Made by a program: the position numbers and the translations under genes. From the NCBI GenBank assembly GCA_937944105.1, contig CALDZP010000034.1, forward strand, positions 111,372 to 175,371: a stretch of 64,000 bases of DNA. Direction: 5' to 3'. How positions within the stretch are numbered: the stretch's first letter is position 1; every line of letters starts with the position of its first letter. Origin of the DNA: an uncultured Ignavibacteria bacterium. GTDB taxonomy: Bacteria > Bacteroidota > Ignavibacteria > Ch128b. This document shows positions 27,691 to 36,500 of the stretch, in pieces. The notes below the pieces were generated by a model. That model was given only the letters and a program-made list of their open reading frames with translations. It did no database searches and was not told where the DNA came from.

Positions 27691-28089
27691 ATGTTTCTAA
27701 AAAAATTGTTTTTCCCATTAATGGGAGTGTTATTCTTATTACTTTATACCGCAGAATTAAGATCCCAAGATCTTCTATATTTTTGTGAAAAATATACTGA
27801 TAGAGAAATTGGAACGGGAGATCGTTTTACAACTGGTAATTTAACAGTAATGGTAAAACTTGATTTACCAATTTTTTATGAAAATGTATCGATCCAGTGG
27901 GATAAATTAAATTGTAAAACTGGGAATTTCGAGTATGCTAACTCAAAATCATTTACTGTAGATGGAAATTGGACATATATGTTTTTTGATGGTATAAACT
28001 TCGCAGAGCCTGGTATTTATAGAGTTTTCTTGCTTGACCCTGCTAAAAATACAATGGTTAGTGGGCTTGTTGAAATTATTAGGAAATAA
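27691..28089 (+). CDS. small secreted hypothetical protein
   Basis: AGGAGG Shine-Dalgarno before the ATG, a clear signal peptide, and a position 21 nt downstream of the ATPase gene. Confidence 0.6.
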   Translation: MFLKKLFFPLMGVLFLLLYTAELRSQDLLYFCEKYTDREIGTGDRFTTGNLTVMVKLDLPIFYENVSIQWDKLNCKTGNFEYANSKSFTVDGNWTYMFFDGINFAEPGIYRVFLLDPAKNTMVSGLVEIIRK

Positions 28090-28272
28090 TTAAAATAATT
28101 CCCTTGGGTTTTGCATTAAATTTGCGGAAGTAAAACATATCTCAAAGGTAATTAAATTAAGTTATCTTTGCATGGTTGTTCAAAGTTTCCGCATGTAGTC
28201 GATATATTCATTTTTTATTTAATTCGTTTAATTGAATTTTATTGATTTATTTGAAACATTTCGCCTCAACTT

Positions 28273-28453
28273 CGCTCGGTGACCACACCTCGGCTCCGCT
28301 CGGTGATCACATCTCGACTTCGCTCGGTGACCACACCTCGGCTTCGCTCGATGACCACATCTCGACTTCGCTCGATGACCTCACCTCGACTTCGCTCGAT
28401 GACCACACCTCGGCTCCGCTCGGTGACCACACCTCGGCTCCGCTTGATGACCA
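28273..28453. repeat. GC-rich 24-bp head-to-tail tandem repeat, 7 full copies plus a partial eighth
   Basis: Units start at 28273, 28297, 28321, 28345, 28369, 28393, 28417 and 28441. Consensus CGCTCGGTGACCACACCTCGGCTC (17 of 24 positions are G/C). Copies differ at about 6 positions, almost all transitions. Confidence 0.95.
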
Positions 28454-28552
28454 AAATTTTATGGGTTATTGCAAATAAATTTAATGTCAGGTTTGTGTAT
28501 TAACTTTTTGGAAATTTTTTGAAGAAATTTTGAAGGGTGCATTTAAAAAAAG

Positions 28553-28643
28553 AATTTGGAGATCGCATTGGGTTAGGGGCATCGTTATTGAGGTGGGATT
28601 TTAGTGAGGTGACCGGTTAGGGCTACTCTGCGATCTCCAAATT
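28553..28643. other. 91-nt element closed by a perfect 15-bp inverted repeat (candidate structured RNA or miniature inverted-repeat element)
   Basis: AATTTGGAGATCGCA (28553-28567) pairs perfectly with TGCGATCTCCAAATT (28629-28643). The 61-nt interior is G-rich and carries GGTTAGGGGC and GGTTAGGGC plus two GAGGTG copies. Confidence 0.6.
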
Positions 28644-28830
28644 TCAAACTCTTAAAGAACATTATTTTTAATTTAATTTTTTTTGATTACTACCCTTAAA
28701 ATATTATTTCTACGTTCGTACAAATATAATTATATTTTTAAGATTTATCAAATAATTAATCATTATCAATTTCTTCGAACTTTTTACAATGCTAAAATTT
28801 TTCTTGTTCCAATATAAAAAAAAATGAAAA

Positions 28831-28866
28831 AACCTGTCAATTTATAGCTTAATAAATTGACAGGTT
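28831..28866 (-). terminator. intrinsic terminator of groES
   Basis: Perfect 14-bp stem AACCTGTCAATTTA (28831-28844) / TAAATTGACAGGTT (28853-28866), 8-nt loop. On the minus strand it is followed by TTTTCATTTTTTTTT. It lies 55 nt past the groES stop. Confidence 0.85.
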
Positions 28867-28920
28867 CAAAATTTGTTTATTCTATACCACTGGGAGATAA
28901 TTAAAATGTTTTTATTTACA

Positions 28921-29196
28921 TTAATCTTCTACTATTGCAAGAATATCAGATCTTTGAATTATTTTAAGATTTTTTCCGTTCATTTCAATTTCTTCACCGC
29001 CATATTTTGCAAAGTAAATTTTATCTCCAACTTTCACTTTCTCCTTTAAGTCTTCATCTGTTCCAACTGCAATAACTTTACCCATTCGTGGTTTTTCTTT
29101 TGCAGTGTCTGGAATGTAAAGACCTGAAGCTGTTTTTGTCTCTTCCTCTTCAATTATTTCAATAAGTACTCTATCATCTAAAGGTTTTATAATCAT
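28921..29196 (-). CDS. groES: co-chaperonin GroES
   Basis: [43 protein letters not shown]... is a canonical Cpn10 sequence, including the mobile loop. Confidence 0.93.
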   Translation of the reverse strand: MIIKPLDDRVLIEIIEEEETKTASGLYIPDTAKEKPRMGKVIAVGTDEDLKEKVKVGDKIYFAKYGGEEIEMNGKNLKIIQRSDILAIVED

Positions 29197-29221
29197 TTAT
29201 TATCTCCTTATTTGTTTCACA

Positions 29222-29509
29222 TTATTTAATATTTAAAAGTTGATTAATTTTATTTACATCAAAACCAACTATTGGTCTATTATTAATTAAAATAACCGGT
29301 ACACCCATTTGTCCAGTGCGACGATACATATCCATCGCTGCTTTTTGATCTCTTGATACATCAACTTCAGTAAATCTAATATTTTTCTCTCTGAAATATC
29401 TTTTAGCAGCATTACAGAAACTACAAGTTGGTGTTGTGAAAATTATTACTTTTGGTTGATTCATTTTTCCTCTCAAATTTTCATTTGGATTTGATGAAAA
29501 AAATTTCAC
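29222..29509 (-). CDS. glutaredoxin-like small redox protein (CxxC)
   Basis: VIIFTTPTCSFCNAAKRYF...GVPVILIN is a glutaredoxin/NrdH-type fold with CSFC. It ends 25 nt upstream of groES. Confidence 0.8.
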   Translation of the reverse strand: MKFFSSNPNENLRGKMNQPKVIIFTTPTCSFCNAAKRYFREKNIRFTEVDVSRDQKAAMDMYRRTGQMGVPVILINNRPIVGFDVNKINQLLNIK

Positions 29510-29616
29510 AAGGTTTCAATTATTTTATTAAACAGTTATTTTGTTTATTTTAGACACTAAATAGAAGTTAATTGTTTGGTGTTACGCATTTATTATGATA
29601 AATTTATGAGCAATGT

Positions 29617-32600
29617 GTGAGTGATGAATTAAAAATTTTAATTTTGAATGATTCTGAATCGGATATAAAACATATAAAAAATGAGATTAAAACTCATTTT
29701 AAGAATGTCGTTATAGAATTTGCTCAAAATCGTAAAAATTTTATAATAAAGTTAAGTAGATTTAAACCCAACATTGTTCTATCTGATTCTTACCTAACTG
29801 ATTTTGATGGTCTAACTGCCCTAAACATCACACACGAAATGTTTCCTGATTTACCGTTTATAATTGTTACTGGTTCTCAGGGTGAAGAATTTGCAATTTT
29901 GTGCATTAAGAGAGGTGCCTATGACTATATACTTAAAAATCATTTAAAAAAAATTCCAGTTGCTATTGAAGAAGCTCTTAAGAAATATGAATTAATACTT
30001 GAAAATAAAAAAGTTTACGAAGAATTAAGAGAGAGTGAGAAAAAATTCCGCCTTCTTGCTGAAAATGCCCTGGACATAATTTATCGTTATGAGTTTTTTC
30101 CAAAAAGGGGGTTTACTTATGTAAGTCCTTCGGCTACTAAAATTACAGGATATTCACCGGAGGAACATTATTCTGATCCTGATCTTGCTTTTAAGATAGT
30201 TCATCCTGATGATAGACATTTATGGGAAAAGATAGCCAGAGGAGAGATAAAAATTGACGAACCAGTTACTCTACGATGGATTAGAAAAGATGGGAGAATT
30301 ATCTGGACTGAACAAAAAAATGTACCGATTTATAATGATAAAGGAGACTTAATTGCAATTGAAGGTATTGCAAGAGATATAACTAGAAACAAAGAGCTTG
30401 AAGAAAACTTAAGAGAAAGTGAAAATCGTTTTAGATTAATTTCTTCGTTGATTACTGATTATGCTTATTCTTTCAAGGTGGATGATAAATTAAATTTAAT
30501 TGGAGAGTGGGTTTCTGATTCTTTTACCCGTGTTTTTGGATGGACAGTTCTTGAACTGGAAGCTCTTGGGGGTTGGCGTAAAGCTTTCTATGAGGATGAT
30601 CTCACCAAAGTCATCAAACATGTTGAAAAAGTCTTAGCTGGTAACCCCGATAAAATTGAATGCAGAATGGTTACAAAATTCGGTGATGTTAGATGGATTA
30701 AAGATTACGCTGTCCCGATTTTTAATAATGGTTCTAAAAAAATTGTAAAAATTTTTGGTGTTGCTGAAGATATTACCGAAAAGAAAAAACTTGAATTAGA
30801 AATTCAGGAACGAAAAGACCAATTTGAAAAATTAGCTGATCAGACTACTACAGCAATATTTATTTATCAGGGAGAAAATTTTGTTTATGTTAATAAGGCA
30901 ACTGAAAAAATTACTGGTTACACTAAAGATGAATTATTAAAAATGAAGTTCTATGATGTCGTTCATCCAGAGTTCAAGGAATTGATTAAAGAAAGGAGTC
31001 TTAAAAGACAAAGAGGGGAACCAGTACCACAGAATTATGAATTTAAGATTATAACTAAAGACGGAAATGAAAAGTGGATCGATTTTAGTGGAGGTCTTAT
31101 CAACTGGTTTGGTAATCCAGCAGGATTGGGAACAGCATATGATATTACTCAATTAAAAATTGCAATAGAAAATTTAGAAAAACTAAATAAACAATTCAGT
31201 GATTTAATAGAAAATGCCCCAATTGGAATTATTATTGAAGATGAAAATGGTAACATTCTGAGTTTCAATAAAATGTACGAGAAAATTACCGGATACAGTA
31301 AAAATGAATTAATTGGAAAAAATGTAAAGGTTTTTGCATCACCTAAAAATATTTCACTTGTAGATACTCATATCAAAAAAATTTTAGATGGGGAAAGACT
31401 TGATCATATTGTTGAATCTCATAAAAAAGATGGTAGTCGAATTTTTGTTCATTTAATAGAAACAAGTTTTACCCTGCCTGAAGGTAAAAAAGGTATCATT
31501 TCATTTTGTGAAGATTTAACAGAAAAAGTTTTATTACAAAATCAATTGGTTGAAAATGTAAAAAGATTTAGAACGATTTTTGAGACTGCTGAGGAAGGCA
31601 TTTGTATAGTCGATCAAAATGACATTATAATGGATGTGAATAAAAAGTTTTGTGATATTATTGGATATAATAAAGATGAAATTCTTAACCAGAATTTTGA
31701 CGAAAAATTTGTCCATCCTGATGAAAGAGAGAATGCTCTTTGTGAAAAAGAAAAAATTGTAAAAGGTGAAGCCAGTATATTTGAAAGACGATTAATTAAG
31801 AAAGATAGAAAAATCATCTGGGTTAAAATTGCTGCTACTGGAATTTTTGATGAGAAAGGTAATTTTATTGGAAGCTTCGCTTTTATTACTGATATTACTG
31901 AGCAGAAAAAATTACAGGAAAAGTTAAGAAAATCTGAAGAACAATTCAGATTAATCTGGGAAAACAGTCACGATGGGATGCGACTTACGGATGAAAAAGG
32001 CAAGGTTATTTTAGTTAATCCTGCTTTTTGTAAAATGATTGGACTAAAAAAAGAAGAGATTGAAGGAAAAAATCTTTCTGAAATCTATTCAGTTGAAAGA
32101 AGAGAGTACATTCAACAAAAACATCAAGAGCGATTTAAATCAGGTAGAATAAAAACCAATTTTGAAACAGAAGTAGTTCTACATGATGGTAGAAAATTAT
32201 GGTTTGAGGTATCTAATTCATTCATTAAAATTGGGGATGATAAATATTTACTTGGAATTTTCAGGGATATAACAGAAAGAAAAAGACTACAGGAGGAATT
32301 AATTAGATCTGAAAAACAATTTAGAATGATTTGGGAGAAAAGCAATGATAGTATGATTCTGCTCGATTCAAAAGGTTTTATAAGATTGATTAATCCTGCA
32401 ATGTGCAATTTGGTTGGTTTAGAAGAAAATGAATTGATCAACCAATCTATTTCGGTGATTTTTTCTGAAGAGACGAAAAAGGAGATGTTAGATATCCACC
32501 TCAAAAAATTTTCTAAAGGTGATTTCAAAGAAAAATTTGAGGGTGCCGCTAAATTACATAATGGAAGAGAAATTTATTTTGAAGCATCTTTTGCTATAAT

Positions 32601-33411
32601 CCAATTAGGTGGTGAAAAATTTTATCTGGCAATAATAAGAGATATAACTGAACGTAAAAAACTTATAGATGAATTAATTAGAGCAAAAGAAGAAGCAGAA
32701 GAAGCAAATAGACTAAAAAGTGGTTTTATTTCGATGATGTCTCATGAAATTAGAACTCCACTTAATGTAATTTTGGGCTTTACTAATGTCTTAAAAGATT
32801 ACTTTTTTTACGGGGAGGGTGATAGAGAGGATTTGCCAAAATTTTTTGATGCAATTGAAAATTCCGGCAAAAGATTACTCAATACAATTAATCAGATTTT
32901 AGATATCTCAAGAATTGAAGCTGGTGAATTTGAAATTCATTCAAAACCAATTGATTTAAATAAGAAAGTTCTCGATGCAATAAATCAAATTCAAATTTTG
33001 GCGAATAAAAAGAATCTCAGTTTTAATGTTAATCTTGATAAAGAAATTGGTGAATTAATGCTTGATGAGTATTGCATTGATGGAATTTTATTTAATTTAA
33101 TTAATAATGCGGTTAAATTCAGTTTTGAAAATTCGAAGATTGATGTTACTACATTACTAAGGAGAGATGATGTTCTCTTTAAAATTAGGGATTATGGTAT
33201 AGGAATGAGTGAAGAGTATCAAAAGCATTTGTTTCAACCGTTTAGTCAAGAAGAGGTAGGATATTCTAGACCTTATGAAGGCACTGGATTAGGTTTGGCT
33301 TTGACAAAAAGATTTGTTGAACTATTAAATGGCAAGATCAGGGTCTGGAGCAAAAAGAATGAAGGGACACTGTTTGAAGTTATTCTACCTGTAAAAATTA
33401 AAGAAATCTAA
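29617..33411 (+). CDS. hybrid sensor: N-terminal receiver domain, about 8 PAS/PAC modules, HisKA and HATPase_c histidine kinase
   Basis: REC-like N-terminus (KILILNDSESD...IVLSD...IIVTG). Repeated PAS/PAC blocks, each ending in ..RDITE/R.K coiled linkers. H-box SMMSHEIRTPLN. N/G boxes LINNAVKF and GTGLGLALTKRF. GTG start. Confidence 0.88.
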   Translation: MSDELKILILNDSESDIKHIKNEIKTHFKNVVIEFAQNRKNFIIKLSRFKPNIVLSDSYLTDFDGLTALNITHEMFPDLPFIIVTGSQGEEFAILCIKRGAYDYILKNHLKKIPVAIEEALKKYELILENKKVYEELRESEKKFRLLAENALDIIYRYEFFPKRGFTYVSPSATKITGYSPEEHYSDPDLAFKIVHPDDRHLWEKIARGEIKIDEPVTLRWIRKDGRIIWTEQKNVPIYNDKGDLIAIEGIARDITRNKELEENLRESENRFRLISSLITDYAYSFKVDDKLNLIGEWVSDSFTRVFGWTVLELEALGGWRKAFYEDDLTKVIKHVEKVLAGNPDKIECRMVTKFGDVRWIKDYAVPIFNNGSKKIVKIFGVAEDITEKKKLELEIQERKDQFEKLADQTTTAIFIYQGENFVYVNKATEKITGYTKDELLKMKFYDVVHPEFKELIKERSLKRQRGEPVPQNYEFKIITKDGNEKWIDFSGGLINWFGNPAGLGTAYDITQLKIAIENLEKLNKQFSDLIENAPIGIIIEDENGNILSFNKMYEKITGYSKNELIGKNVKVFASPKNISLVDTHIKKILDGERLDHIVESHKKDGSRIFVHLIETSFTLPEGKKGIISFCEDLTEKVLLQNQLVENVKRFRTIFETAEEGICIVDQNDIIMDVNKKFCDIIGYNKDEILNQNFDEKFVHPDERENALCEKEKIVKGEASIFERRLIKKDRKIIWVKIAATGIFDEKGNFIGSFAFITDITEQKKLQEKLRKSEEQFRLIWENSHDGMRLTDEKGKVILVNPAFCKMIGLKKEEIEGKNLSEIYSVERREYIQQKHQERFKSGRIKTNFETEVVLHDGRKLWFEVSNSFIKIGDDKYLLGIFRDITERKRLQEELIRSEKQFRMIWEKSNDSMILLDSKGFIRLINPAMCNLVGLEENELINQSISVIFSEETKKEMLDIHLKKFSKGDFKEKFEGAAKLHNGREIYFEASFAIIQLGGEKFYLAIIRDITERKKLIDELIRAKEEAEEANRLKSGFISMMSHEIRTPLNVILGFTNVLKDYFFYGEGDREDLPKFFDAIENSGKRLLNTINQILDISRIEAGEFEIHSKPIDLNKKVLDAINQIQILANKKNLSFNVNLDKEIGELMLDEYCIDGILFNLINNAVKFSFENSKIDVTTLLRRDDVLFKIRDYGIGMSEEYQKHLFQPFSQEEVGYSRPYEGTGLGLALTKRFVELLNGKIRVWSKKNEGTLFEVILPVKIKEI

Positions 33412-33448
33412 GGATTGTTGTTCCTATTTAATTTAAATTTATATCAAA

Positions 33449-33483
33449 AAGTCGCAAAGAATATATTTTTTTCTTTGCGACTT
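33449..33483 (-). terminator. hairpin terminator between convergent genes (best fit to the minus-strand T9SS gene)
   Basis: Perfect 12-bp stem AAGTCGCAAAGA (33449-33460) / TCTTTGCGACTT (33472-33483). A T5 run follows on the minus strand. It may also stop the plus-strand kinase transcript. Confidence 0.75.
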
Positions 33484-33531
33484 ATGAAATAGATGGCAGA
33501 GTATCAATAAGAATTTTTTGTTATTTAAATC

Positions 33532-36500
33532 TTAATGTTTCATTCTCACGATCGAGAACTTCAAAACTTTATCACCATAATTAGTTTTAATATGAGCTAA
33601 GTAAACTCCACTGGCAACTTTATTCCCACTTTCGTTTTTCATATCCCATTGAATAAATGGTGATGAAATTGAAGATTTATCATTTTCGTTTAATCTTTTA
33701 ACAAAAACTCCCGACAGAGTATAAATATTAATTGTCACTTCTTCAGGTAAATTAGAAAATGTAATTACCCCACTTCCATATGCTCTTGTATCATCCCATT
33801 CGAAATATGGATTTGGGAATACATTGATATTATTCACTAATTGCTTCTTTTCTTCTGTTGATAGTTTATTTGAAGCAGATTTTGATTGATAGTAAAATGT
33901 ATCTTGTTCGGTTAAAACATAGGAAATTGGTATAGTTAAAACATCGCCTTGTTGGTAAGTTGATACAGCAGAAATTTTTTCCAAACCGACCACTAAAAGT
34001 GCGTCGAACCAAGGAGAATTAGCTCTTCTTATTTGCTCTGGTGTAAAGTTTGCCTCAGCTGGTGGGTTCCATCCTAATAATTCCGCAAATACTTTTGTTC
34101 CTGTTGTTGGTAAATACCCAACATATTCCATTTGCTTGCCAGTAGGATCGTATGTTTGATCGAAAATTATAATATATTCTTTTGTCTTAACGATATTGGT
34201 ATCAGGATTCCATTCACCATCTGGATTTCCACCTATACTACTTCTGGCTTCAATAAAAGCACAGGCAAGTTGTCTTTGTTCTTTAAATCTTTCATCCTTT
34301 AACCAGACCTGAAATGGAACTTCAACAAAGTATACACCAGGATTCCCGACGTTTAAGTCTCCAGCTGTTTGTGCTGCACTAAAGAATTTTGTTCCCAGAG
34401 TGTTACTTACAAATCTGTAGGCGTATTGAGTTTTACCAAATTGAATTTCAATTTTTCTTAGTTTATCGAATCTTGTGATATTTGATTTTATTCTACCGGA
34501 ATTACCCAGAGAGTAAATATATATTCCGCTTTTGTTTTTAACTGCCTCTTCTCCCATATAAAAAGCACCACTTATTTCATATCGAGGGGGCTTGAACCAG
34601 ATATTGCTTTCTGGTTTGTATTGAAGATCTTTTATTTCTGGCTCAATCCACTCAATTTTTGGTGAGAAACCATCCACTAATACATATGACTGATCCTTAT
34701 TGTAATAAATTGTTTGAGAATCAATCAAGATTTGATTCTTTGTCAGATTTTTTAAACGCCAGAATAGCTTATATTCATTAGAACTACCGAATCGTTTAAA
34801 TGATATCGAGTAATTGTCATCAGTTAATTTTGATTTGTCCAGCTCTTCAATTAGTACTTTTGCCTCAGTTGCATTTGTTGAGCCTTTTAATGTTTGCTGT
34901 TCAAGGAAAAGAGGTGTATTTAGATCTTCACCTGGAATAACTTCTAAGATTTTACTGACTGTTGCTCTTACTGCCATGTCATAGGTCGAATTAATTAAAA
35001 AATTTCCGGGTTTGTTATAAATTTCAATAATGTCAGTGGAAGTTCTATTTAAGTATATCTTTCTCAAACTGAAAAATAGTCTATCACTCTTACTAAGTTT
35101 TTTACCGTTAAATGGATTCTTATCAATCGAATAGACAATAATTCCAGTTAAAGGATTTGAATATTTAGATGGTGATAGCTGAATGCCTTTATAAAAAATA
35201 TTTTTAATTATGATTCCATCTTTATCGGTTATATAAAGATTATCCAGATCGTTTTCTACATCATAAGCTACTAACATTTTTGCCCGTGTTGTATCGTTTC
35301 CATAATAAGCGTCGGGAGTTGAATGAGCCCACAACTCGTATCGTTCAAAGTATAGATTTAGTAGTGTATCACCAGTGGAAGAGATGAATTGTGAATTAAA
35401 GAGAAAATCGTCTTTTGTTTCCCAGAATAGATCAACACGATTTTCAAAGGATCTTGATTTTAATTTGGTGATTGGTAGCGAAATGTCTTTAATGAAATTC
35501 TTTTCAAAAAGGATTCTGTTTAATTCACAAAACCTTCTGCCTACGGTGATGCTGTTTAATGCATTTGAACCTCTTCCAATTGAATAAGCTAAAACAATAT
35601 CTACAGGTTTACCTTTTTCAAGAGTAAACCTTTCTGTGTTTGTGAAAGAAATAACATCAAATTCTCTGTTGTTTATCCAACCTTTGTAGGTAACTGGATC
35701 ACCAGAAAAGACAAATTTTGGGTTGACTTCATTGCAATTAACACCTCCGACCACTACTCCTAAATCGTGTTGGCAAGGATTGTGTTTTTTACCATCATAA
35801 GTTAAACCATTTAAAAAATTGTAATATGTATTAGAAGTAATAGAACCAGAATAACGAAGATAGTTTGTAGAGTTTAAGCCAAGATTTTTAGCTCCTTTTA
35901 ATTCTTTATTAAAAAGTGGATCGATAAATAAATTTGCTGTTGTGATAGGAATGTCGCCTTCATCAAAAATTCCGTTACCGTTATTATCCTGGAATGTTAT
36001 TCCTGGTATAAAAGCCTGTGGACCCTGTAAAAGTTGAAAAAAGATTGCCGGAGGATTGGTTAAGAATTCAGCATCATCACCATTATTGTAGGAATAAGAA
36101 GCATTTAATAATGTATCGGTCCCCAATAAATCATCTTGATAATTTCCAATATCAGGATCATTAATAAATGAAAAGACAACGCTATCAAGCTTAGTTAACT
36201 CTGGATAAAGTTGGTTGCCCTTGAAAATAACTCTATAGCGAATAAAGATTGAATTGGATAAACTTGTAATGGAGCTATATGCCCATATTGTTTGGTGTAC
36301 TTCAATTCCTAAAGGTTTTTCAGGTAAACGCCGCTGGTTTTCTGGAACACCATCGTTAAAAACACACCATGCAGTAAAATCACCAATTAAATTTGGTCTG
36401 TCTTCATTCTCATCCCATAAGCCATTATTATTTTTATCAATTGGATTATATTTGCCATCACCATCGCCGTCGTAGAATTCAGCGCCCAATTCAACGGCGT

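Noticed and set aside
28273-28453. CRISPR array interpretation of the 24-bp repeats
   Set aside because: The repeats are directly abutting with no unique spacers. There are no cas genes in the window and no leader-like organisation.
28242-28503. Three overlapping ORFs (28242-28478 +, 28279-28503 +, 28266-28454 -) encoding SLGDHTSA-, TPRLRS- and ERSRGVV-type repeats
   Set aside because: All three are a by-product of the 24-nt (3 x 8) tandem repeat, which happens to lack stop codons in several frames. None has a ribosome-binding site, and the starts are non-ATG or lie in AT-rich flank. I treat the region as a DNA repeat, not as coding.
28553-28643. tRNA, SRP RNA or RNase P identity for the inverted-repeat element
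   Set aside because: It has no T-loop GTTCGAAT-type sequence or cloverleaf proportions. It lacks the SRP domain IV motif and is far too short for RNase P. It remains unclassified.
30937-32528. Antisense ORFs within the 1264-aa kinase gene (30937-31152, 31534-31716, 31614-31817, 32124-32528)
   Set aside because: Same reasoning: they lie opposite a well-supported PAS-kinase frame and show no signals of their own.
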